In this document: positions 43,610 to 52,533 of the stretch, one piece after another
Layout: every line of letters begins with the position of its first letter
Position numbering within the stretch: the stretch's first letter is position 1
NCBI GenBank assembly: GCA_963743635.1
Contig: CAVUQO010000002.1
Coordinates: 288,001 to 352,000 of the forward strand
Source: Candidatus Babeliales bacterium
GTDB taxonomy: Bacteria; Babelota; Babeliae; Babelales; Vermiphilaceae
Length of the DNA: 64,000 bases
Direction of reading: 5' to 3'
Made by a program: the position numbers and the translations under genes
The notes under the pieces: model-generated
Databases searched by the model: none
Told to the model about the DNA's origin: nothing
Seen by the model: only the letters and a program-made list of their open reading frames with translations

Positions 43610-44206
43610 ATGAACAAGGGACAATTGTTTACTCCACAAAAAGGTTTGATATACGGATATATCACGCCATTGCTGACAATTGCGTTATTCATTGTGTTAA
43701 TCGGCATATCCATATTTAGTCTCAGATATAAATCGCAAGCAAGCACCGCAAGTATTATTGAGCGAGATTTGGGACTGCTTATTGATGCATTCAAACGGAT
43801 CGACAAGGATTGTAGAATCCAGGGTTTCGATCATCAAATTACGCGTATTAATTTCTTGAATGTTAAATCATTCGCGGGTTCTGAAGTAGGGGATGTTAAT
43901 TTCGCGTTTCCACAACAATGGAAAGGTCCATATCTGCCGACTAATCCGACAATCCAGTCAGAAGAATATCTTGTCGTTGTCACCTACAAGGGTAACTTTA
44001 TAACGCCCGGCATTGGCGTTCAGCTTCCCAATGGAAAGACCGTTGATCGGAGTATACTTTTGAACAAAAATGCAGACATCGAGGCGATGATGAAGCCAGG
44101 AGCATTATTCAATCACGAGGGTAAGCCGTTAGCGGTAAAACTCGACGTTGGACCTTCGGTCACTGAGCAGATTTTGCGTGCACAATTGGCGGTGGATGAG
44201 GAATAG
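43610..44206 (+). CDS. Pilin/pseudopilin-like (GspG-like) membrane protein
   Basis: QKG followed by a hydrophobic helix; WKGPYL motif. Confidence 0.55.
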   Translation: MNKGQLFTPQKGLIYGYITPLLTIALFIVLIGISIFSLRYKSQASTASIIERDLGLLIDAFKRIDKDCRIQGFDHQITRINFLNVKSFAGSEVGDVNFAFPQQWKGPYLPTNPTIQSEEYLVVVTYKGNFITPGIGVQLPNGKTVDRSILLNKNADIEAMMKPGALFNHEGKPLAVKLDVGPSVTEQILRAQLAVDEE

Positions 44207-46636
44207 TTAGACCTTCGTGACAAATTTCTGATCTATTTTTTTAGTGCCGGACTTAAAATGTACGGTCAGAAAAACCTGTTCATTACCGCGAGTTTCGATA
44301 TTTTTAATGATACCAACCCCAAAGCTTTTATGCGCAACGGGTTGGTTCGTTTTCCAACCGTGTGTGGTTCGACTAGGCTCACCATGAGCGGGTATGATGG
44401 TGGCAACAACTGGTTCAGAAGCCGCCCCTCGATACGCTTTGCTACTCGGGATGACCGGGTGGGATGCGGTATAGCGTTGAGCAACCGCTTCTTTGATTTT
44501 TTGAGTGACCGTTTTTACAGCGCCTTTTGCACTTGCTGATCTGCCCGCCGTCTTGTCTGAAGTAGCCTTGGCACTTGATTTTGACGTAGACGTCTTAGTG
44601 AACGCAGAGCCACCAAACGTCATAACGGATGCGGGGATTTTAGTGTTGAGCCAATCAGCGAAAAATGCTTTTGCTTGAGTAATATTCCAGGAAGTGCCAT
44701 CAAACGATGGTGCCATTCGATCAGGAATTTCATCCAAGAATCGCGAAGAAATTTGATCGTTCATCTGACCGTACGTGTAGCGATGGCGGGCATGTGTGAT
44801 AAGCAATCGTTCTTTTGCACGCGTGATACCGACGTAAAAGAGGCGACGTTCTTCTTCCAAGCCTTCATCGGTGATAACTGAGCGAGAACTCGGAAATAAT
44901 CCTTCTTCAAGACCACACAAAATAACCATATCAAATTCAAGTCCTTTTGCGGCATGAAGGGTCATTAAAAGAACGGGGTCTTTAGCCTCATTCTCTTGCA
45001 TATGCTCTTGCATGAGCGCAATTTCATCGAGCAATCCGCGAATGGTGGTGATACCGTTCGCTTCAAAGTGTGCAATCGCACGCAATAATTCTTTTACGTT
45101 ATCCACGCGCGTTTGCGCTTCTTCCGTATCATACGCATTCTTGAGATAGGTAATGTAGGCAACCTGCGCAACAATCATTTCAAGGGCTCGTAAGGGGCGC
45201 GTGTCATGATTTAAAGTCTTAAAAGTGTGCGCAAATTGTTCTAGCGAAGTCTTCTTAGTGCCAGTCACTATCTTTTCAGCGACGAATGCTTTGATGATGG
45301 CGTCATAGGGCGAGAACGGTTCATTGTTCCAGCGTTCATAGAATAACTCTTCAAATTTTTCACCAAGACCACGCATTGGGCAGTTAATTACGCGAAAGAA
45401 TGCAGCGCGATCAAACGGATTGACCACGAGCCGTAAATAGGCCAAAAGATCTTTAATTTCTTTGCGATCATAGAACTGTGTGCCCCCGATAATTTTATAG
45501 GGGATGGAGTATTTGACGAGCGCTTCTTCGATGGTGCGTGATTGGTAGTGTGCGCGGTACAAGATGGCTATTGAGCTGAGCGATTGCTGTTTGGCAGCCA
45601 CCAGCATGAGTTGTGCGATTGTGTCGCCTTCTTGATAGCTCGACATGCACGCGATGGTGCGCACGCGATCTTTTGCCGGTCGATCGGACCATAAATTTTT
45701 CGGATTTCGTTGTTTGTTATTCTTAATCACGTGATTTGCGATATCTAAAATCGGCTGCACGGAGCGATAGTTTTGCTCAATTTTAATGATTTCAGTTTCA
45801 GGGAAATCATGCTTGAAGTTCATAACGTTAGCGACTGTTGCGCCACGCCATGAATAAATAGATTGATCTTCATCACCGACGACGCAGACTGAATCGATCA
45901 CCATCTTGCGCGGGCCATCTTGCGCCATTTGTTTGAGAAATTCATGCTGAATAACATTGGTATCTTGATACTCATCCACTAAAATGTGGCGCACTGTTTG
46001 CTGAAACTGTTTTTTAAACGGCGGATGTTTTTTAAAAAGATTGAGGCCTTCGATGAGTAAATCATCAAAATCGAGCGCTTTGCTGAGCCGTTTTTCTTTT
46101 TCATACGCATTGTAAAGATCGGTGAGTAATTTTGGATCGAGGCCACCAGAAAAGGTAAGTGGATCTTGCATCTGATTTTTAATTTGCGAAATCTGATATG
46201 AAAGTTGTTTTGCCGTGATGCGTTTGGTCAGAGCGCTGCGCTGAATAATGCCGTTGAGCAGCTTTGTTTGATCATCTTCATCAAGAATGGAAAGGAATGG
46301 TTGATCAAGATATTCACCATTCGTTTTGAGTAATTTTAAACAGTAGGAATGAAACGTGCCGATGAAAGGCAGGGTGTTTGCACTACCTAAAAAACGCGCG
46401 ATACGTTCTTTCATTTCATTTGCTGCTTTATTGGTAAAGGTAAGTGCAATAATCGCGCTCGGCGAAACATTCTCATTGAGTATGAGATTAGCAATGCGCG
46501 CCGTAATAACGCGCGTTTTACCAGAACCAGCACCAGCCACTACGAGCAATGCACCACATTTGGGTGTTACCGCTTGTTGTTGCGCTGGATTTAATTGTTG
46601 CGAAAAAAATTGTTTGAATGCTTGAGTATTTTCCAT
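44207..46636 (-). CDS. pcrA: UvrD/PcrA ATP-dependent DNA helicase
   Basis: AGAGSGKT, DEYQD, VGDEDQSIY, HAAKGLEF, EERRLFYVGITRA, C-terminal Tudor-like VAHKSFGVG. Confidence 0.95.
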   Translation of the reverse strand: MENTQAFKQFFSQQLNPAQQQAVTPKCGALLVVAGAGSGKTRVITARIANLILNENVSPSAIIALTFTNKAANEMKERIARFLGSANTLPFIGTFHSYCLKLLKTNGEYLDQPFLSILDEDDQTKLLNGIIQRSALTKRITAKQLSYQISQIKNQMQDPLTFSGGLDPKLLTDLYNAYEKEKRLSKALDFDDLLIEGLNLFKKHPPFKKQFQQTVRHILVDEYQDTNVIQHEFLKQMAQDGPRKMVIDSVCVVGDEDQSIYSWRGATVANVMNFKHDFPETEIIKIEQNYRSVQPILDIANHVIKNNKQRNPKNLWSDRPAKDRVRTIACMSSYQEGDTIAQLMLVAAKQQSLSSIAILYRAHYQSRTIEEALVKYSIPYKIIGGTQFYDRKEIKDLLAYLRLVVNPFDRAAFFRVINCPMRGLGEKFEELFYERWNNEPFSPYDAIIKAFVAEKIVTGTKKTSLEQFAHTFKTLNHDTRPLRALEMIVAQVAYITYLKNAYDTEEAQTRVDNVKELLRAIAHFEANGITTIRGLLDEIALMQEHMQENEAKDPVLLMTLHAAKGLEFDMVILCGLEEGLFPSSRSVITDEGLEEERRLFYVGITRAKERLLITHARHRYTYGQMNDQISSRFLDEIPDRMAPSFDGTSWNITQAKAFFADWLNTKIPASVMTFGGSAFTKTSTSKSSAKATSDKTAGRSASAKGAVKTVTQKIKEAVAQRYTASHPVIPSSKAYRGAASEPVVATIIPAHGEPSRTTHGWKTNQPVAHKSFGVGIIKNIETRGNEQVFLTVHFKSGTKKIDQKFVTKV

Positions 46637-46690
46637 ACATCATAGTGTAGCTGAAATGTGTACGTTATAAAAGCAATAAAACGTGACGCG

Positions 46691-47047
46691 TTATTTCCTT
46701 TCTTCGATCGTATGAGGATCTTGTGGGTTATCGATGAAGACCCAATTGTTTTCTGTTGAAAGAGGCTTAATGTGCGTGCGTATGTAGTGTATGAGTTGGA
46801 ACTTTTTTAGCAAGTTTATGCATGCCTGAGTGCGTTTTGCACTTTCCTGTTTGGTTGAATTTTGCGTTGTGAGCTTTTCCATTGCATGAAGATCGTAGGA
46901 TGCGCAAAAAACTAATGCGATGACGAGCGCGGTATAGCAAGACTTGCTAAGTGATGCACATTTATCCCTTATGTCCCGCGTTATGCCCCTGCGGGCTACT
47001 AGGGACGAACGGGAGTGGATATTTGTTAAAACATTAGGCTTTTTCAT
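46691..47047 (-). CDS. Secreted-type hypothetical protein whose 5' end lies in the MITE
   Basis: ..LVIALVFCASYDLHA|ME; the first ~28 codons derive from the repeat element. Confidence 0.55.
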   Translation of the reverse strand: MKKPNVLTNIHSRSSLVARRGITRDIRDKCASLSKSCYTALVIALVFCASYDLHAMEKLTTQNSTKQESAKRTQACINLLKKFQLIHYIRTHIKPLSTENNWVFIDNPQDPHTIEERK

Positions 47048-47147
47048 ATGAATAATTTATGTTTTTTCCTTTGATAATACTTAATCAAACTAAAAATTCT
47101 CATCCCCGTTCGTCCCTAGTAGCGAAGCGTAACGCGGGACATAAGGG
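46966..47147. mobile_element. Second copy of the 8098 MITE/REPIN, inverted
   Basis: Arms and AT-rich core match the reverse complement of 8098-8286. Confidence 0.85.
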
Positions 47148-47164
47148 GAGCGCAGCTATTTCAT

Positions 47165-47199
47165 AAAAAGGCCGCCACGTAATGTGACAGCCTTCTTTT
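47165..47199. terminator. Terminator hairpin
   Basis: AAAAAGGCCGCCAC..GTGACAGCCTT. Confidence 0.6.
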
Positions 47200-47217
47200 G
47201 CTAGTGCTTAGAACGAT

Positions 47218-47979
47218 TTATTTTTTGGAGTAGAACCATGATAATGGTGACAACCAACTGCCTGCTGCAGGAGCTGGAGTAGATGCCGCTGCAGAAGACG
47301 AAGAAGATGATGAAGATGAAGAAGATGATGAAGCGATAGCATCTTGTGCATTGAGATTTACAAAACCATCCTTATCTTGATCTGGAAACAGATCGATGAT
47401 ATTTGGTGCTTGTTCTGCATGCACTGCTGATTTTGGATCAATGAAGTTTTTTAACGCTTTGATATTAGCTCTAATATTTTTTTGTTTTTCATGCAGGGCA
47501 TAGCTAATAGACTCTGATGCAATCAGTATTGATTGTGCTTCACGTTGTTCATCAAGTTTTCGGAGTGCTGCGAGATTGAGTGCTCGTTGATAATTGCAAA
47601 TATTTGAAAATAAGTGATTTCTTTTGTTAACGACATCCAATGCTGCATCCAATACTGCGATTTTTTGCATATTTATTTGTGTTGGGCGCTTGGCGATCAT
47701 ATCAAGCGATGGCTTAAATGATTGTAAATGTAGGCTTTGTTTTAACGCTTCAGCTCTATCAATTTGCGTTGCTTTTTGTTCAGTTTCTTCTACGAATGTT
47801 GCGAACCCATCAAAGAAAGGGAGCATATCGTCTTCTACTGGAACACTATTGCTGGATACGGCACTTATTGGTGCAACTGCGATAGCATTAGGTTTTTTCT
47901 TTCTTTTGCCGGCTTCAAGCGCTAACGGTGACGATAAAAGCAGTGTCAGTGATAGTGTGCTGATTATCTGTTTTTTCAT
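47218..47979 (-). CDS. Secreted protein with basic KRKKK motif and poly-Ser tail
   Basis: Signal ..ALEA|GKRKKKP; SSSSSSSSSSSSS. Confidence 0.82.
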   Translation of the reverse strand: MKKQIISTLSLTLLLSSPLALEAGKRKKKPNAIAVAPISAVSSNSVPVEDDMLPFFDGFATFVEETEQKATQIDRAEALKQSLHLQSFKPSLDMIAKRPTQINMQKIAVLDAALDVVNKRNHLFSNICNYQRALNLAALRKLDEQREAQSILIASESISYALHEKQKNIRANIKALKNFIDPKSAVHAEQAPNIIDLFPDQDKDGFVNLNAQDAIASSSSSSSSSSSSSAAASTPAPAAGSWLSPLSWFYSKK

Positions 47980-48028
47980 GAGGGCCCCTTTTGGAAAAGA
48001 TTAATTTTTTTAGAAAGACTATTCAGTT

Positions 48029-48268
48029 TCATTTTTTTTCACAACCATTTTTTTGATTAGGCGACTTAAAGAGTGGATTGAGCGTTGTGTTGGTGGCTGG
48101 TTCACCGTGCGTTTCTCTTTTTGCGTTTTTATCATGAAGCGCCAAGACTTCTTCCAGAGTAATTTCGTCTATTTGGCTGTTGGATTGCTTATTGTTGGGT
48201 TGCATTGCGTGCAGCGTGAAAGAAGAAACGAGAAGAGTTAGGACAAGGTTATTCCATATAATATTCAT
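48029..48268 (-). CDS. Small secreted protein
   Basis: Signal ..TLHA|MQ. Confidence 0.65.
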   Translation of the reverse strand: MNIIWNNLVLTLLVSSFTLHAMQPNNKQSNSQIDEITLEEVLALHDKNAKRETHGEPATNTTLNPLFKSPNQKNGCEKK

Positions 48269-48350
48269 GAAAATCCTTTGGGCTCGCAAGGAGCATTTGG
48301 TATTGAAACGTCGCATTGTGTATATCGTGGTTTGTTAAAAAAGGCAACCA

Positions 48351-48680
48351 TCAGAGGATTATGCATTTTGAGCAAGCAGTCTCTTTGGTGTCATCGGTTT
48401 GATGATCAGAGAGTGGAATATCGGTGAAGCTACGGACATTATCTATTTTTTCTGCAAACACCTCGCTTATAGCATTTATATCGTCATCGTGGTGCGTGGT
48501 CATGTCTTGATTAAATTGGGGTTTCGGTTCTGCGGTAGTATTGGTAGTAGTGCTTGCATCGCTGTGCGTTCTTAATCTGTGTACAATTGCTTTGAGTGAT
48601 GCGATCGGCCCACTCATTATGCATGTGGGCGACGATAGTATAACGAGGGAGATTATAAGAGAGATATATGTATGTTTCAC
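48351..48680 (-). CDS. Small secreted protein with C-terminal CaaX box
   Basis: Signal peptide; ends ACSKCIIL*. Confidence 0.75.
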   Translation of the reverse strand: MKHTYISLIISLVILSSPTCIMSGPIASLKAIVHRLRTHSDASTTTNTTAEPKPQFNQDMTTHHDDDINAISEVFAEKIDNVRSFTDIPLSDHQTDDTKETACSKCIIL

Positions 48681-48763
48681 CGTATGTTCCTTTATATCTT
48701 CAAAATAGAGGGATACAACACGAGTACTTTATCTCAGGAGTATTGGCATATACAAGAAATATA

Positions 48764-49069
48764 TTATTCTTTTGCGGGTTTAGGAGTTTTGGGCGTTCTG
48801 GGAGTAATGGGAGGGCGTGGGGAATTTGGATTAGAAGAACTACCATTGGAAGGGATAGAGATGGCAGCTTTTATTTTCAGGATAGTTTTGGTGTTGATAT
48901 TTTCTTCTTCGCAGAAGCTTTTATTGAGGGTTTCTTTTAATTCCTCGATGCGGCGTGGCGAAAAGGGAACGACTTCAGGGTCTGACGAAGGGGAATCTTG
49001 CATACCCATCAGCGAGGCAGTGCTTTGCGCAATAACCATGCATACTAGATAATAAATATGACGTTTCAT
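48764..49069 (-). CDS. Small secreted S/T-P-rich protein
   Basis: Signal ..SLMG|MQ; SPRPPITPRTPKTPK. Confidence 0.72.
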   Translation of the reverse strand: MKRHIYYLVCMVIAQSTASLMGMQDSPSSDPEVVPFSPRRIEELKETLNKSFCEEENINTKTILKIKAAISIPSNGSSSNPNSPRPPITPRTPKTPKPAKE

Positions 49070-49171
49070 AAATCTCCCCTATAGATAACGTATGGCAGAT
49101 AATTCGAATATATTTTATTTCTATTTCGCGGAATACCACGTGCTTCAGCGCGTGGATGAAAGCGAATAGAA

Positions 49172-49228
49172 CCCGACGAAGCAAAACACTTCCTGAGGTA
49201 TAACTTCGAAGTATTAGCGAAGCCTGGG
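49172..49228. repeat. 57-bp dispersed palindromic repeat
   Basis: Similar to the reverse complement of 55348-55404. Confidence 0.75.
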
Positions 49229-49278
49229 TCAAATTAATTCTGTGCGATACAACGGGTTTCAACCCGTTGAGTGCTTCA

Positions 49279-50406
49279 TTATACTGACTGTACTTTTTCT
49301 TGAGACCAAGAGTCAATGAAATTACGTAATGGTTCTAATCCTTCTTTGGAAGTCGCTGATACCAAAACATGTGGTTCGTAGCGGAATAAGAATGGCGTTA
49401 TCGTTGAAAGATCGGTAACTTTATCGATCTTATTAAAGACATACAGCATATCTTTCTCGATCTTAAGATCGCTTAAGATTTTGCGTACTACTTCGATATG
49501 GGTTTCCCAATTTTCATCAGATGCATCAATAACTTGCACGAGAAGATCTGCAAAATGCAGTTCGTCGAGAGTAGATTTGAATGCTTCAATTAATTTGGGA
49601 GGAAGTTGTTGGATGAATCCAACGGTGTCGGAGATGAGACCTTTTTTCTGACCGTGAATGTACAGTTCTCGTGTAGTGGTATCAAGGGTAGCGAACAGTT
49701 TGTCTTCAGCTAATACGGAACTTTTGGTTAACGCATTGAGAATAGTCGATTTGCCGGCATTGGTATATCCAATAAGACAAAGTTGCGGCATTTTGTTAAT
49801 GATGCGTCGCTTGCGTTGCTCTTCGCGTGTTTTACGAATGCGTTCAATTTGTCTTCTGAGTCTGAGAATGAGGAGTTCAATATGACGCGTTTCGCGTTGT
49901 TTTAACGTTTCACCTGGTCCTGCATTGACACCGATTCCGCCCGATTGTTGGGAAAGATCGATACCTTTTCCAGTCAGGCGTGTTTTAAGATATTGTAATT
50001 TCGCAATTTCAACTTGCGCCTTGCCTTCTGCTGAATGCGCAGCCTTTTCGAAAATATCCAAAATTAAGCGGGTGCGATCAAATACTTTGCAATGCAATGC
50101 ATCGGTCAGATTGCGTTCTTGTTGTGGCGTGAGTGTTTCAGAAATAATCACTTCATCGACTTCTAATTCGGTGCAGAGCTTCTGAAGTTCCTCAAGCTTA
50201 CCCTTGGTGAAAAAATAAGAGTTATCGATATCGCGTAATTTGAATACGACCATCTCTTGATAGTGAGTGCCGCTTGATTTTACTAAATTTACAAATTCAT
50301 CAATGTATGAATCGATATTAGTAAAGCTATGATAGGGCGCTTTGACGCCGATCAATAAGACTTTCGGGAGATAAACATCGAGCGTTTCAGCTTGTTTTTT
50401 TGCCAT
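49279..50406 (-). CDS. hflX: GTPase HflX
   Basis: GKLEEL, LTPQQERNL, GPGET, GYTNAGKST, LFATLDTTTR, DTVGFI, NKID. Confidence 0.97.
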   Translation of the reverse strand: MAKKQAETLDVYLPKVLLIGVKAPYHSFTNIDSYIDEFVNLVKSSGTHYQEMVVFKLRDIDNSYFFTKGKLEELQKLCTELEVDEVIISETLTPQQERNLTDALHCKVFDRTRLILDIFEKAAHSAEGKAQVEIAKLQYLKTRLTGKGIDLSQQSGGIGVNAGPGETLKQRETRHIELLILRLRRQIERIRKTREEQRKRRIINKMPQLCLIGYTNAGKSTILNALTKSSVLAEDKLFATLDTTTRELYIHGQKKGLISDTVGFIQQLPPKLIEAFKSTLDELHFADLLVQVIDASDENWETHIEVVRKILSDLKIEKDMLYVFNKIDKVTDLSTITPFLFRYEPHVLVSATSKEGLEPLRNFIDSWSQEKVQSV

Positions 50407-50596
50407 GGAATCACAACTTTTTATAAGAATCCTTCAACTCATCGCTTCAGGATGAGGATAAGACTATTCTATTAGAATATGTGAATAGTGTCAAGGAGAT
50501 GGCTGTTTTGATAATGTTTATTCATAGCAATTTTGCGGCAATGTGCTATAGTAATAACCATACCAAGACATATATTTAGCATGAGGTTATTCCACT

Positions 50597-51935
50597 ATGT
50601 TTGATTTCCTTTCAGAGAAGTTTTCAACTATTTTCTCTCGAATCACGGGTCAGGCGCATCTGAACGAACATAATATTAACGAGGCGTTAACCAAGGTAGA
50701 AGAGTCCCTGTTAGAAGCGGATGTACCCTACGCGGTGGTGAACACCTTTATTGAAGAAATTAAGCAAGAAGCGATCGGCAAGAAGGTACTTTTCTCCTTA
50801 AAGCCGGGCGATCAGCTCATTAAGATTGTACATGAAAAATTAAAGAGCTTTTTGGGTAGCCAGCAAGCGGCAGGGGATTTCTCCTTTCAGATACCATCCA
50901 TTGCCATGGTTATGGGTTTGCAAGGTTCAGGAAAAACTACTTCGATTGCCAAGTTGGCTCATTATGCCCAAAAACAGGCGAAAAAACGGGGCAAGACCCG
51001 CAAGATTTTAGTGGCATCAGTCGATTTTTATCGTCCTGCTGCGGTCGACCAGCTTGAAATTCTTGCAAGACAGGTTGGCATCGATTTTTATCGTGCCCAA
51101 AGCAGCAATCCCATTCGAGCGGCTGAAGAGATTCATGCCTATTATAAGCAGCATGGTTATGAGCTATTGCTCCTCGATACGGCAGGTCGTTTGCATGTGG
51201 ATCGATGAGATGCTTGAGGAGTTACGCGCTATTGATGCACGGCTCCAGCCTAAATATAAAATTTTGGTGCTTGATGCGATGACTGGTCAGGAATCCCTGG
51301 CGGTGGCGCAAGCATTTGACCAAGCGGTCGGTTTTCACTGGGCATTATTGAGTAAAATGGATAGTGAGACGCGTGGCGGTTCAGCCTTTGCGTTTCGTTA
51401 TGTGCTTAAAAAGCCAGTCCTTTTTATCGGTATGGGTGAAAAAATAGATGATCTTGAACAGTTCCATCCTGATCGGATGGCAGGGCGTATCCTTGGTATG
51501 GGAGACGTGCTGACCCTGTTGGAACGCGCTGAAGAGCGGGTGCAGATAGCCGATCAAGAATCATTGTATCAAATCAATTTCACGACGGGCATTTGACCTT
51601 ACAGGACTTTGCTGACCAAATTAGCATGGTCAATAAGATCGGTTCTTTGGGCAAATATGGTAAAATATATGCCGGGAATCGGCGGAAAGTTATCTCCTCA
51701 GGCAATTGAGCAGGGCGAGCGACAATTGGCTCAATTTAGGGCAATTATTAGTTCGATGACGATGAAAGAGCGTCTGGATCCACGTATCCTCAATGGTGAG
51801 CGTAAAAAACGCATAGCCGGCGGGGCGGGGGTAACGCCTTCTGACATCAATCTTTTGCTCGAGAGATTTGAACAAAGTCAGCAATATGTTAAACTTTTCA
51901 AGAAGATGAATAAATTCGGTAGTTTTTTCAAATAA
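50597..51935 (+). CDS. ffh: Signal recognition particle protein (frameshifted, likely sequencing errors)
   Basis: LLEADV, GLQGSGKTT, DTAGR, DAMTGQ, GMGEK..FHPDRMAGRILGMGD, IISSMT..ER..RIAGGAG across three frames. Confidence 0.95.
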
Positions 51936-51968
51936 ATAGATCATTTTTTTTACTTAAAGGACCATTTA

Positions 51969-52217
51969 ATGGCAGTTAAGATACGTTTAGCTCGTATTGG
52001 CAAAAAGCATGTACCTTTTTTCCGTGTCGTAGCACTTGATTCACGCAAGAAGCGTGATGGAGCATTTTTACAAGACCTTGGCACCTATGATGCCCTCAAG
52101 AGCACCCTTGTGCGTTTTGATGCAGAAGGTATCAATAGTTGGATATCCAAAGGCGCAATCATCGCTGATAGCGTAAAGCGTTTACAAAAGTTGCATAAGA
52201 AACAACAAGCAGTTTAA
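51969..52217 (+). CDS. rpsP: 30S ribosomal protein S16
   Basis: MAVKIRLARIGKKHVPFFRVVALDSRKKRDG. Confidence 0.97.
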   Translation: MAVKIRLARIGKKHVPFFRVVALDSRKKRDGAFLQDLGTYDALKSTLVRFDAEGINSWISKGAIIADSVKRLQKLHKKQQAV

Positions 52218-52302
52218 GCAGAACGCTTATGCTGGCTATCCCGTTCAGGGATAGTCCTAAGTAGCCCTGAGCAAGGGCGAAGGGCATAGCGAAGGGTTCG
52301 TA

Positions 52303-52530
52303 ATGATAAAAGAAATACTCGAACATGTAGTGCAGTCGCTTGCGACTAAGCCCGAGCTTGTATTGGTAGAAGAAACGTGCGAAGGCACGAACTGTACCTA
52401 TGAGATCGTCGTCAATGAAGCCGATCGCGGTCGGATCATCGGAAAAGATGGTCAGACGGTACGCGCACTACGCATGCTCGCTCAAGCTGCAGCGAGTGAA
52501 GGGCAAATGATTACCGTGACCGTGCGATAG
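52303..52530 (+). CDS. khpA: KH-domain RNA-binding protein
   Basis: DRGRIIGKDGQTVRALR; follows rpsP. Confidence 0.9.
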   Translation: MIKEILEHVVQSLATKPELVLVEETCEGTNCTYEIVVNEADRGRIIGKDGQTVRALRMLAQAAASEGQMITVTVR

Positions 52531-52533
52531 TCT

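Noticed and set aside
50407..50596. SRP RNA (ffs) next to ffh
   Set aside because: No recognisable SRP domain IV motif; only a short REP-like fragment
50597..51935. ffh split into three ORFs
   Set aside because: Essential gene with local indels near 51205 and 51570-51640; same artefact pattern
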